A stretch of 64,000 bases of DNA from Halarcobacter sp. (GTDB lineage: Bacteria; Campylobacterota; Campylobacteria; Campylobacterales; Arcobacteraceae). The notes beneath the pieces were generated by a model. The model saw only the letters and a program-made list of their open reading frames with translations. It did not search any database and had not been told where the DNA came from. The DNA lies in contig CP182352.1 of the NCBI GenBank assembly GCA_048571215.1, positions 2,752,001 to 2,816,000 on the forward strand, read 5' to 3'. Every line of letters starts with the position of its first letter. Positions within the stretch are counted from its first letter, which is position 1. This document shows positions 11,884-22,400 of the stretch, in pieces. Made by a program: the position numbers and the translations under genes.

Positions 11884-12567
11884 TTATTTATCAGTTCTTG
11901 AATTTTTCTCTTCAATTCCTGATAAACCAAATCTTCTAGCTAATTCTTGTTTCACTCTATCTGGATTTATATTTTTACTTGATAAAGCAACTAACATATG
12001 ATATACAATATCAGCAGCTTCATAGATAATCTCTTCTTCATCATTGTCTTTAATAGCAAAAGTAAACTCTCCTGCTTCTTCTACAATCTTCTTAAGCATA
12101 GAGTTCTCTTTACCCTTTAAAAGTTTAGCAGTATATGATTTTGTTGGATCATCATTTTTTCTTGATTCTATTACATGGTATAGATTATCTATTACTCCAT
12201 AAGAACTGCTAGCATCTACTTCAATATCTTGAATAATATCATTTGTCTCTAAATCGGTAAAAAAACAAGATTTTCTACCCGTATGACATGCAACACCTAT
12301 CTGTTCTACTTTTAACAAAACAGTATCATTGTCACAATCTAACATAATATTTTTTACATTTTGTAGGTGCCCTGAGCTTTCACCTTTTTTCCAGATTCTT
12401 TGTTTACTTCTTGAAAAATAGTGTGCTTGCTTTGTTTTTAAAGTTAAATCTAAAGCCTCTTTATCCATATAAGCCAACATCAACACTTCATTTGTACTAA
12501 TGTCTTGGGTAATTACAGGAATCATTCCATCCATCTTTTCCCAATCTATCATCTCTAAACTATCCAT
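11884..12567 (-). CDS. hisIE: Bifunctional phosphoribosyl-AMP cyclohydrolase/phosphoribosyl-ATP pyrophosphatase
   Basis: WKKGESSG, DCDND, ACHTG..SCF, KKIVEEAGE. Confidence 0.96.
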   Translation of the reverse strand: MDSLEMIDWEKMDGMIPVITQDISTNEVLMLAYMDKEALDLTLKTKQAHYFSRSKQRIWKKGESSGHLQNVKNIMLDCDNDTVLLKVEQIGVACHTGRKSCFFTDLETNDIIQDIEVDASSSYGVIDNLYHVIESRKNDDPTKSYTAKLLKGKENSMLKKIVEEAGEFTFAIKDNDEEEIIYEAADIVYHMLVALSSKNINPDRVKQELARRFGLSGIEEKNSRTDK

Positions 12568-12575
12568 TTTTTACC

Positions 12576-12866
12576 TTAAAAATTTGTTCCCATATTTATC
12601 TTCACACTATCTATAGGTTTTTCTAAATTATTTTTATCAATACCCACATCCCCATCTATCTTTATCTTTTTCTTAGTTTTTTTACTAATATGATTAGCAT
12701 CTAAACTTGGGTCTTTTTCATATTTATTTTTTACTTGATAATCTTCTTTTGTTTTTTGTTCATCTGTTGGTTCAAGCTTTATATCCAAATTTTTATCATT
12801 TAAATTTATTTCTGAACTAAAAACTAATAACTGAAAAAAGATTAGTGTTATTAAAATTTTAAACAT
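12576..12866 (-). CDS. Hypothetical exported protein
   Basis: Signal-peptide-like N-terminus, GAGG SD, C-terminal Phe. Confidence 0.7.
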   Translation of the reverse strand: MFKILITLIFFQLLVFSSEINLNDKNLDIKLEPTDEQKTKEDYQVKNKYEKDPSLDANHISKKTKKKIKIDGDVGIDKNNLEKPIDSVKINMGTNF

Positions 12867-12899
12867 AAATCACCTCATCAAAGGTGAGAAAAACTCACC

Positions 12900-13982
12900 T
12901 TATTTATTTACTGAACTCATTGTAGATTTATCTTTTGTATCAACCCAAATATTTGGAGTAGAACCACCTGGTGTTAAGAAAATTTTAGCATCTTTATTTT
13001 CTCTAAGTGCTTCATTGAATTTACCTTGAACTTGAATTTGTTGCATTTGAAGTAGTTTTGGAGTTAAAGAGTTTGCAATCTCTTTGTTTGCTTTTGCTTG
13101 TGCTTCTGCTTCAATAGTTACAGCATCTGCTCTACCTTGTGCTTCAATTCTATTTTTGTCTGCTTCCCCTTTTGCTAGAGCAGCTTTTTTCTCAGCTTCT
13201 TGTTTTGCTCTTTGAACTTCATATCTAACTCTTTCTGCCTCTTGGTTAGCTATTTGAACTCTTTCAATTTGATCTTTTATTTTTGGTGGTAATACTATCT
13301 CTCTTAATTGAACTGATTCAACTGAAACAGGTTTATCTTTTAATGATTCAATTTGAGTTCTAATTCCATTTTCAATCTTTGTAGCTATTTCATTTCTTCT
13401 TGTTGGTAACTCTTCTGCATTAAATCCACCAACAACATTTCTTACTATATTTCTTACAACTGGGTTTACAATTTTATCTTCCCATCCTGGTCCCCAAGTA
13501 GCAATAGTAAGTGGAGCTCCACTTGCTGTAAGTCTGTATTGAACAGTAAGTTCAATAGAAACAGGTAAACCTCTTGCATCAAGAATATTAATAGCAGGGT
13601 TACTTCTAATACTTTGATCAAACCCTTGACTTGTTTCAACAGAAGCATAGTTCATAAGTCTAACTTTTGTATCAACTATTGTAACTTTTTGATATCCAGG
13701 AATAATAAAATGTAAACCTGGTCTTAAAGGTACATCCTCATATTTTCCTAATGTTTGTTTAATCCCCACATTACCTGATTCGATTGTTACAAATGGTTTA
13801 AATAAAAATAGTGCTCCAATAATAATAATTACTGCATACAATATACCCGCTTTTTTACCAAAGTTTTTGAAAAATTCTGGTGGTTCAAAAGGTGGTTGAA
13901 AGTTTCCACCACCTCCATTTGAATCTCCTCCACTTTTATTTTGTTGTTGTCTATTTTTAAAATAATCATTATCAATTGGCAT
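12900..13982 (-). CDS. SPFH/prohibitin (band 7) membrane protein
   Basis: TM helix, PGLHFIIP, band-7 core, AE-rich coiled coil. Confidence 0.9.
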   Translation of the reverse strand: MPIDNDYFKNRQQQNKSGGDSNGGGGNFQPPFEPPEFFKNFGKKAGILYAVIIIIGALFLFKPFVTIESGNVGIKQTLGKYEDVPLRPGLHFIIPGYQKVTIVDTKVRLMNYASVETSQGFDQSIRSNPAINILDARGLPVSIELTVQYRLTASGAPLTIATWGPGWEDKIVNPVVRNIVRNVVGGFNAEELPTRRNEIATKIENGIRTQIESLKDKPVSVESVQLREIVLPPKIKDQIERVQIANQEAERVRYEVQRAKQEAEKKAALAKGEADKNRIEAQGRADAVTIEAEAQAKANKEIANSLTPKLLQMQQIQVQGKFNEALRENKDAKIFLTPGGSTPNIWVDTKDKSTMSSVNK

Positions 13983-13995
13983 ATAATTTCCCTTT

Positions 13996-14916
13996 TTAGT
14001 TTATATATGTTAAATATTTCTGGTATTTCTCGTTTTTACCTTGTACCACATCAAAATATGCTTTTTGAAGTACTTCGGTGATAGGTCCTCTTTCACCTGC
14101 TCCAATGATTCTACAATCAACTTCTCTTATTGGAGTTACTTCAACAGCTGTTCCTGTAAAGAAAGCTTCATCAGATATATATATCTCTTCCCTTGTAATT
14201 CTTCTTCTTGTTACCTTATATCCTAAATCTAAAGCTATGTCAATCACTGTTGATTGAGTTATTGACTCTAACGAGTTATCATTAGGTGGAGTAATCACTT
14301 CGCCGTTTCTTACAATAAAAAAACAAGCTCCACTAGCTTCTGCTATATAACCTTGGTCATCTCTAAGTAAAGCTTCATCATAACCAGCTTCAACTGCTTC
14401 AAATTTTGCCATTTGAGAGTTTAAGTAGTTTGCAACAGCTTTTGCTTTACCCATACCTGAAGTGTTTGGAGTTCTTGTCATAGATGAAATTTTTACTCTA
14501 ACACCTTTTTTCATCCCCTCTTCACCTAAGTATGCTCCCCATTCCCAAGCTGCAACAGATACATGTGCAGGAGCATCTTTATGATAAAGTCCCATAACTC
14601 CATAACCTAAATAAACTAATGGTCTTATATAAGCACCTTCAAATAGTTCATTTTTTTGTAATAATTCAATTTGAGCCTTATTTAACTCATCAACTGTAAA
14701 TGGCACATCAATAAGTGTCATTTTAGCTGAATTAATCAATCTTTTTGTATGATCTTCAAGTTTAAATATAGCACATCTTCCATCATGCGTTTTATAAGCT
14801 TTTGTTCCCTCAATCGCACCATTTCCATAGTGTAGTGTATGGCTTAATACATGTACTTTTGCATCATGCCAATCAACAAATTTCCCATCCATCCAGATGT
14901 ATTTTGCTTCTGTCAT
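13996..14916 (-). CDS. ilvE: Branched-chain amino acid aminotransferase
   Basis: LHYG..EG.KAY, YIRP, KA.ANY, EAFFTGTA. Confidence 0.96.
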   Translation of the reverse strand: MTEAKYIWMDGKFVDWHDAKVHVLSHTLHYGNGAIEGTKAYKTHDGRCAIFKLEDHTKRLINSAKMTLIDVPFTVDELNKAQIELLQKNELFEGAYIRPLVYLGYGVMGLYHKDAPAHVSVAAWEWGAYLGEEGMKKGVRVKISSMTRTPNTSGMGKAKAVANYLNSQMAKFEAVEAGYDEALLRDDQGYIAEASGACFFIVRNGEVITPPNDNSLESITQSTVIDIALDLGYKVTRRRITREEIYISDEAFFTGTAVEVTPIREVDCRIIGAGERGPITEVLQKAYFDVVQGKNEKYQKYLTYIN

Positions 14917-15093
14917 TTGTAATATCCTACAATAAAATTTTTAGCTGATATGTTATCTAAAGAATTATTAAAATAAAGTGAGATAAAAATTGTAGATTAA
15001 AATTATATAAATTTCACAAATAAAATCATAAATGCTATGTTAATCTTATTTTTTTTTGTTAAAATTTTTTAATTATAAAGAGGTGAGATAAAG

Positions 15094-15696
15094 ATGAGTC
15101 AACAACAATTTTGGAATGAAAAATTTGCAAGGGATGGTTATCTATATGGGACACAAGCAAATAACTTTATAAAATCATGTGAAAGTAACTTTAAAAAATC
15201 ACAAAGATTCTTATGTCTTGGTGAGGGCGAAGGAAGAAATGCCATATATTTTGCAAAAAAAGGTTTTGAGGTTGTTGCTTTAGATGCTTCTGATATAGGT
15301 CTTAACAAACTTGAACTTTTAGCAAATGAAAATAATCTAAAAATCAAAACAAGATGTATTGACTTAAATGAATGGGAACCAAGTAAAAAGTATGGAACCA
15401 TAATAGCTTCATTTTTACATATGCATCAAAGTGATAGGAAAGCATTATTTGATAAAATTGAATCATGCCTAAAAGATAATGGTTTTTTTGTAGGTGAGTT
15501 TTTTTCAAAAAAACAAATAAATTACACAAGTGGTGGACCAAAAGATTTGGATTTGCTTTATAGTGTTGAAGATTTTACAAACAATTTTAACTCTTGTACT
15601 AAACATAAGATTGTTGAAATAGAAACCTATCTTGATGAAGGAAAAGGTCACCAAGGAAAAGCTAGTGTAATAAGAGTTATTATTCAAAAAAATTAA
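15094..15696 (+). CDS. Class I SAM-dependent methyltransferase (TehB-like)
   Basis: LCLGEGEGRNA motif I. Confidence 0.85.
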   Translation: MSQQQFWNEKFARDGYLYGTQANNFIKSCESNFKKSQRFLCLGEGEGRNAIYFAKKGFEVVALDASDIGLNKLELLANENNLKIKTRCIDLNEWEPSKKYGTIIASFLHMHQSDRKALFDKIESCLKDNGFFVGEFFSKKQINYTSGGPKDLDLLYSVEDFTNNFNSCTKHKIVEIETYLDEGKGHQGKASVIRVIIQKN

Positions 15697-15712
15697 ACAA
15701 AATATTAAGTAT

Positions 15713-15729
15713 ATGCAACTAAGTCGCAA
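15713..15729. promoter_or_regulatory. Imperfect copy of the palindromic operator (putative Zur box) upstream of ribA
   Basis: ATGCAACTAAGTCGCAA, close to the two palindromes upstream of znuA. Confidence 0.6.
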
Positions 15730-15771
15730 ATAAGATTTTTTTGCTAAAATAAATTAAAAAGAACACTTAAT

Positions 15772-16335
15772 ATGAATTTACAAATATCAAAATCAGCAAA
15801 TCTCCCAACAAAATATGGGAATTTTAAAATAAAATCTTTTAAACAAAATGATAAAGAGCATTTGGTTGTTTATACAAAAAATATTCCAAATATCCCAACT
15901 GTTAGAATTCACTCAGAATGTATGACTGGAGATGTATTTAAAAGCATTAAATGTGATTGTGGTGAACAATTAGACTTTGCATTAAAACAGATATATAAAG
16001 ACAAAGGTATGCTTATATATCTTAGACAAGAAGGCAGAGGAATTGGACTTTTCAATAAAGTAAATGCTTACTCTTTGCAAGATTTAGGTCATAATACTAT
16101 GGAAGCAAATGAGCTTTTAGGATTTGAGCAGGATTATAGAAAATATGATATTGTTGATGAAATATTTAAATATTTTAAAATAAAAAAAATAAATCTGATG
16201 ACAAATAATCCCCTTAAACTAAACTCATTAAAAGAGGTAAAAATAGAAAAAAGAATTCCAATTATCATAAATCATTGTGAATATAATCAAGAGTACTTGC
16301 ATATAAAAAAAGAAAAAATGGGGCACCTATTATAA
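15772..16335 (+). CDS. ribA: GTP cyclohydrolase II
   Basis: RIHSEC.TGD..CDCG, QEGRGIG, MTNNP.K. Confidence 0.95.
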   Translation: MNLQISKSANLPTKYGNFKIKSFKQNDKEHLVVYTKNIPNIPTVRIHSECMTGDVFKSIKCDCGEQLDFALKQIYKDKGMLIYLRQEGRGIGLFNKVNAYSLQDLGHNTMEANELLGFEQDYRKYDIVDEIFKYFKIKKINLMTNNPLKLNSLKEVKIEKRIPIIINHCEYNQEYLHIKKEKMGHLL

Positions 16336-16362
16336 ACAGTGTAAATTTAATTTTACACTGTT
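16335..16362. terminator. Bidirectional terminator between ribA and znuB
   Basis: AACAGTGTAAA..TTTACACTGTT followed by T run. Confidence 0.7.
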
Positions 16363-17171
16363 TTTTTTAATTCTTTTATCTTTTCTAAGACAATTACAAT
16401 AAACATAAATATTGAACTAACAAGTATAATAGAAGGTCCTGAGCTTAGGTCAAAATTGTATGATAAGATCAATCCTAATATTGTAAATATCATAGAGAGT
16501 ACTCCTGAAATGACCATCATTTTAAATAAAGTATTACAAAACCTTTGTGATATATATATTGGAATTGTTAATAATGCAATTACTAATATTAATCCAACAA
16601 TTTTTATAGCAATTACAATAGATAAAGCTGCCAAAATTAAAATAAGTGTATAAAAAAACTTTGTATGAACTCCTCTTAAACTTGCATATTCACTATCATA
16701 AGAAACTGCTAAGATATCCCTATAAAAAAACAATAAAATAAATATTATAAGAGTAAGTAAACTTGACATAAATATAATATCTTCACTATTAACTGCCAAT
16801 ATCGAACCAAATAAATAACTCATCAAATCAGTATTATACCCTGGAGTTAAATCAACAAGCAAAATACCAAAAGACATACCAATTGCCCAAGTTAAACCAA
16901 TGATAGTATCAAGATTTTCCCTTTTTTGGTATGTTAGTAAAGCAATTAAAATTGTAACAAATATAGAAAATACTGAAGTTGATAAAAGCATTGGCACTCC
17001 AAAATAAATAGATAAGCCAATCCCTCCATAAGCGCTATGGGCTATCCCTCCTGAAAGAAATACCATTTTGTTTACTACTATAAGTGAACCTATAATTCCT
17101 GTTATTATACTAACTAATATTCCAGCTATTATTGCATTTTGGATAAAAGTATATGAAAGGGTTTCTAGCAT
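16353..17171 (-). CDS. znuB: Zn/Mn ABC transporter permease
   Basis: GIAHSAYGG, YLFGSIL; multi-TM. Confidence 0.88.
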   Translation of the reverse strand: MLETLSYTFIQNAIIAGILVSIITGIIGSLIVVNKMVFLSGGIAHSAYGGIGLSIYFGVPMLLSTSVFSIFVTILIALLTYQKRENLDTIIGLTWAIGMSFGILLVDLTPGYNTDLMSYLFGSILAVNSEDIIFMSSLLTLIIFILLFFYRDILAVSYDSEYASLRGVHTKFFYTLILILAALSIVIAIKIVGLILVIALLTIPIYISQRFCNTLFKMMVISGVLSMIFTILGLILSYNFDLSSGPSIILVSSIFMFIVIVLEKIKELKKTV

Positions 17172-17920
17172 CTACATTTTCCTAACATCTCTAATAGTTC
17201 TACTTCACAAATATGAGATTCAATATTTTTAAACTCATCTTTCATTTTTGACAAATCATGGTAACTAAGTTTTTTATTTATATAAACAGCTTTCAAAGCA
17301 TATTTTAGGACTACTGAAATATCATGACTGATTACAACAATTGTGATATCTTTATTCAACTCTTTGAGTGTTTGATATATTTGTTCGCAACCTTTTATAT
17401 CAATATTCGATGTTGGTTCATCTAAAAGTAAGATTTTTGGATTACAAAATAAGGCTCTAGCTATTAAAACTCTTTGCCTTTGTCCACCTGAAAGGTTAGA
17501 TATTTTTGAGTTGGCGAACTCTTTCATATTAACTTTTTCTAAAACTTCCATAGCTTTAATTTTTTCATCTTTTTTATAGCCAAAGAATCTTTTCTTTATC
17601 TCATTTTGTCCCATCATTACAACTTCTATAACACTAATTGGAAAATTAAGATTTATATTTGTATTTTGTGGTACATATCCAATATATGGAAGCTGATATA
17701 AAAAAGATTTTCCAAAAACTTTTATAGTTCCTTCTTTTAAAGGTTCAAGTCCTAAAATAAGCTTTAATAAAGTACTTTTTCCCCCACCATTTGGACCTAT
17801 AATCGTAAGAAAATCTTTCTGTTTTATCTCTAAATTTATATCTTCTAAAACAAGCTCTTTTTCATATTTGAAAAAAAGCTTGTTAATTGATATTGCATTA
17901 GTTATTGTTTGCAATTGCAT
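17165..17920 (-). CDS. znuC: Zn/Mn ABC transporter ATPase (start uncertain by a few codons)
   Basis: GPNGGGKST, GYVPQ, LSGGQ, LLLDEP. Confidence 0.88.
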   Translation of the reverse strand: MQLQTITNAISINKLFFKYEKELVLEDINLEIKQKDFLTIIGPNGGGKSTLLKLILGLEPLKEGTIKVFGKSFLYQLPYIGYVPQNTNINLNFPISVIEVVMMGQNEIKKRFFGYKKDEKIKAMEVLEKVNMKEFANSKISNLSGGQRQRVLIARALFCNPKILLLDEPTSNIDIKGCEQIYQTLKELNKDITIVVISHDISVVLKYALKAVYINKKLSYHDLSKMKDEFKNIESHICEVELLEMLGKCRC

Positions 17921-19181
17921 TTGCCATTTTTATTAAATTTTCAGACCAATTTTTAGCTAATGGTGTCTCTTTAATAACTTTGATATTTAGCTCACTTGCT
18001 ATTGCCCTAGCACTTTTATCTGAAAATTCAGTTTGGGTAAAGATTGCTTTTACCTTCTCCTCTTTTGCCTCATCAATAATTTTTTTAAGTATTCTAGGTT
18101 TTGGTTCTTTTCCTTCAACTTCAATTACAAGCTGAACTAAACCATACTCTTTTGCAAAGTATCCCCAAGATGGATGAAAAACCATAAACTTAGAACCTTT
18201 TTCTAAACCAGAAAGAATATTTTTTATTTTTTTATCAGTATTATTGATTTGTTCTATAAATTTATCGTAATTAGCTTTATAATAATCCTTATTTTTAGAA
18301 TCAAATTTAACTAAAGCTTCATAAATATTTTTTGCCATAATTTTTACATTTTTTGGGCTAGTCCAAGTATGTGGATCTTTTCCATGATGTGATTCCTCTT
18401 TAGGAAAACTAGCAATAGCTTCTATCTCTTTATTGTGCATATCTTTAAAATAATGCTCATCCCCTTCAAATTCACTTGGCATGTGTTCTGTAAAAAAGAT
18501 ATATTTACCCTCTTTTTCTATCTTAATTTTAAATATTGTTTTATTTTGCTTTTCATCAAAACTTAACTTATATAAAGAATTTTCACTTTTAAGAGAATCA
18601 TCATTTTTTGCAAGAGTTATTTTATCTTTAGAAAAAATATTTTTTGCCTCTTTTTCATAACTTTCTATTAAGTCATCACTTTTTTTGTTTGCTTTTATTA
18701 TAAGCATTTTCATAGACATCTCTGCATAATTACCATCTACTTTAGAGAAACTCCAAGTATAAGTTCCCTTTTTTAAATCAAAGACCCCTGCCCATTCATA
18801 AGGTAATTCTTCCTCTTCATGTGCTGAATCATGATCTTCATGATGGTGATGGTGATGTTTTGCCATCTCTATATATTCTATACCTTTTGTCATTTCAATA
18901 AATTTCATTTTTTTATTTTGTGATGCAAATTTATCAAGCCAAGTATTCTCGAACTCTAAACCTATTGGAAAATAGATATCTGCTTTTGATATCTCTCTCA
19001 TTTGTGAAGGTTTTGGCTCATAAGAATGTGGGTCACTTCCAGGTTTTACCATAGTAGATACATTAACCTTGTCTCCACCAATCTTTTCTACAAAAGTTTG
19101 TTGGGGTAAAATACTTACAATAACATTTGTCTGTGCATAAACATAGTTTAACAATAAAATAAATGGGATAAGAAATCTCAT
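17898..19181 (-). CDS. znuA: Zinc ABC transporter substrate-binding protein with His-rich loop and large inserted domain
   Basis: DPHSYEP, DPHTW, FHPSWGYF; start MRFLIPF at 19181 preceded by GGAG. Confidence 0.88.
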   Translation of the reverse strand: MRFLIPFILLLNYVYAQTNVIVSILPQQTFVEKIGGDKVNVSTMVKPGSDPHSYEPKPSQMREISKADIYFPIGLEFENTWLDKFASQNKKMKFIEMTKGIEYIEMAKHHHHHHEDHDSAHEEEELPYEWAGVFDLKKGTYTWSFSKVDGNYAEMSMKMLIIKANKKSDDLIESYEKEAKNIFSKDKITLAKNDDSLKSENSLYKLSFDEKQNKTIFKIKIEKEGKYIFFTEHMPSEFEGDEHYFKDMHNKEIEAIASFPKEESHHGKDPHTWTSPKNVKIMAKNIYEALVKFDSKNKDYYKANYDKFIEQINNTDKKIKNILSGLEKGSKFMVFHPSWGYFAKEYGLVQLVIEVEGKEPKPRILKKIIDEAKEEKVKAIFTQTEFSDKSARAIASELNIKVIKETPLAKNWSENLIKMANAIANNN

Positions 19182-19200
19182 AATATACTCCTTTTTATTT

Positions 19201-19217
19201 ATGCAACTTGGTTGCAT
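19201..19217. promoter_or_regulatory. Palindromic operator (putative Zur box) 1
   Basis: ATGCAAC-TTG-GTTGCAT about 20 nt upstream of the znuA start. Confidence 0.75.
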
Positions 19218-19246
19218 TTATGGAATATTAGTAAAATAAAAATTAA

Positions 19247-19263
19247 ATGCAACTTAGTTGCAT
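19247..19263. promoter_or_regulatory. Palindromic operator (putative Zur box) 2
   Basis: ATGCAAC-TTA-GTTGCAT. Confidence 0.75.
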
Positions 19264-19452
19264 ATAATCTTTCTAAAGATATAATTGCAAAAAAATTTAC
19301 AGTTGAGATATTAAAAAAAGTTTGTATATTTATTGTACTTATTTAGAAAGCCTAACTTCTTTATTTAACAGCTTTTTAACAAAAATTTAAATACACTCTT
19401 AATAATAAATATCAATTATAATTAAAAATCAATAATCAAAATAGAGAATAGA

Positions 19453-22400
19453 ATGGTAGAAGTAATTAAGAATTTAATCGAAAAACAAGTACTAATTATA
19501 GATGGTGCAATGGGAACACAGCTGCAAATTGCAAATATAGAAAATAAAGCTTGGCAATATGAAGGGAAAGATTTAGAAGGATGCAATGAACTTTTAAATG
19601 AAACAGCTCCACATATTTTAGAAAATATACATGATGCCTATGCAAAAGCTGGTGCAAACCTAATAACAACAAATACCTTTGGTACTATGCCTTGGGTTTT
19701 AGATGAATATGGGATTTCACAAAAGGCATACGAACTATCAAAACTAGGAGCACAATTAGCAAAAGAATCTTGCAAAAAGTTTGAAACTATAGATACCCCT
19801 AGATTTTGTTTAGGTTCAATAGGACCAGGAACAAAACTTCCTAGCCTAGGACATATTAAATATGATGAGATGTATGAAGGATATAAAGAGGTTGCAAATG
19901 GTTTAGCAGATGGGGGATGTGATATTTTCTTACTTGAAACTTGTCAAGATCCACTTCAAATCAAAGCTGCACTTCATGCTCTTAATGATACCCATCCAGA
20001 GATACCTGTAATGGTTTCTGTAACAATTGAACTTAGTGGAACTATGTTGATTGGTACAGATGCAATGACTATTGCAGCCATATTAAATCCTTTTAATATT
20101 TTATCACTTGGTTTTAACTGTGGTACAGGACCAAAACAAGTTCATAAACATGTAAAAACATTAAGTGAAGTTTGTAGATTTCCAATCTCAGTACATGCAA
20201 ATGCAGGATTACCACAAAATAAAGGTGGAGTTACTTACTATCCTATGCAAGCAAAAGAGTTTACCCAACTTCAAAAATCTTTTTTAGATATAAATGGAGT
20301 TTCCTTTTTAGGTGGATGTTGTGGTACAACACCAGATCATATTGAAGCTTTAGCAAATGAAGTTAAAGATATTGTTCCTAAAAAACCTTCTGGTTTTTTG
20401 AAAGCTTCCCTTGCAAGTTTATTTAATACAGTACCTCTAAAACAAGATCCTGCTCCACTTTTAATTGGAGAGAGAAGTAATGCTACAGGTTCAAAAGCTT
20501 TTAGGGAACTTCTAAAAGCAAACGATTATGAGGGAACCTTAAGTGTTGGTCAACAACAAGTAAGAGCTGGTGCCCATGTGATTGATGTATCAGTTGGTTT
20601 TGCTGGACGGGATGAAAGGGAAGATATGGATAAGGTTGTTGAACTTTATTCACAAAAAGTATCCCTACCACTTATGCCTGATTCAACCCAAATTCTTGCC
20701 CTAGAAGCAGCACTTAAACAGATTGGTGGAAGACCTATAATAAACTCTGTTAACCTTGAAGATGGGGAAGAGAAGTTTGATGCAGTTTGTAAATTAGCAA
20801 AAAAATTTGGTGCCGCTTTAGTTTGTCTTGTAATTGATGAAGTTGGTATGGCAAAAACAAAAGAGGATAAACTTAGAATTGCTGAAAGAATCTTTGATTT
20901 ATGTGTAAATAGACATGGTTTTGATCCTGCTGATTTAGTATTTGATATGTTAACTTTTACAATTGGTTCTGGGGATGATGAGTATAGAACTGCAGGTATT
21001 GAAACCCTTGAAGCTATAAGAGAGTTTCAAATACGACATCCAGAAGTTGGTACAACTTTAGGGCTATCAAATATCTCATTTGGACTTGATATAAAAGCTA
21101 GAGTTTATCTAAACTCTATCTATCTTGACCATTGTGTTAAAGCGGGACTTACAAGTGCTATTGTAAATGTAAAACATATCTTGCCACTAAATAAAATCAG
21201 TGATGAAGATAGAAAAGCTTGTGATGATTTAATATTCAATAATCAAGAAAATGGTGACCCTTTATTTAAATTTATAGAACACTTTTCAAATGTAGAAGCC
21301 CAAGAGGATACTAGTGATGAAGAGTTTCAAAAATTAGAACCAATAGAAAAAGTTAAAAAACTTTTACTTGATGGAGATAAAGAGAGAATGCTTCCACTAG
21401 TTGAAGAGTTAAGACATGAGGTAAATCCTGAAGTTATAGTAAATGAGTGGCTTATTGATGGGATGAAAATCATTGGGGAACTTTTTGGAAGTGGACAAAT
21501 GCAATTACCTTTTGTCCTTCAAAGTGCAGAAACTATGAAAGCAACAGTTGATGCTCTAAACCCTTACTTACCAAAAAAAGAAAAAGCTACAGATACCGTA
21601 TTGGTTATAGGTACAGTTAAGGGTGATGTTCATGATGTTGGTAAAAATTTAGTTGATATTATCCTAAGTAACAATGGCTTCAAGGTTATAAATATAGGGA
21701 TTAAAGCTGATTTAAATGATTTTATAATAGCCGTTCAAGAACACAAAGCACAAGCAATTGGGATGAGTGGGTTACTAGTAAAATCAACTGCTGTTATGAA
21801 AGACAACCTTGAAGAGTTACAAAAACAAGGTATTGATATTCCTGTTCTTTTAGGTGGTGCTGCTTTAACTAAGAACTTTATAAATGAGTATTGTAGACCT
21901 ATTTATGATGGACCTATTTTTTATTGTAGAGATGCCTTTGATGGAGTTGTTTCTATGCAAAGAATAGAAAAAGGTGAGATAGATAACACTGCATTACAAG
22001 CTGATTTGATAAATGATGAAGAGATAAAACCAAAAGAGGAAAAAGAAGTAATTATTAATAAAGAAGATATAGAACTTCCAGAACCAACCGAGTTTACATT
22101 TCCACCACTTTGGGGAAGAGTTACAAAAGATAGTAGTTCTATAGATAATGACTTAGTCTTTAAATGGATAAACCATAGGGTTTTATTTAGACAAAGATGG
22201 GGATATAAAAGAGCAAAACAATCAAGCGAAGAGTTTTTAAAACATGAACAAGAGGTTGTAGAACCACTTTATGAAAAACTAAAAGAGGAGTTTATCTCTA
22301 AACAATTGTTTCAACCAATAGGAATATACGCATATTATCCTTGTATCTCAAAAGATAACAAACTATATATTTTTAGTGAAGAATATGCTTTTCATTCCCT

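Noticed and set aside
19182..19217. ORF-track start for znuA at 19217
   Set aside because: This ATG is part of the operator palindrome; the SD and signal peptide support 19181
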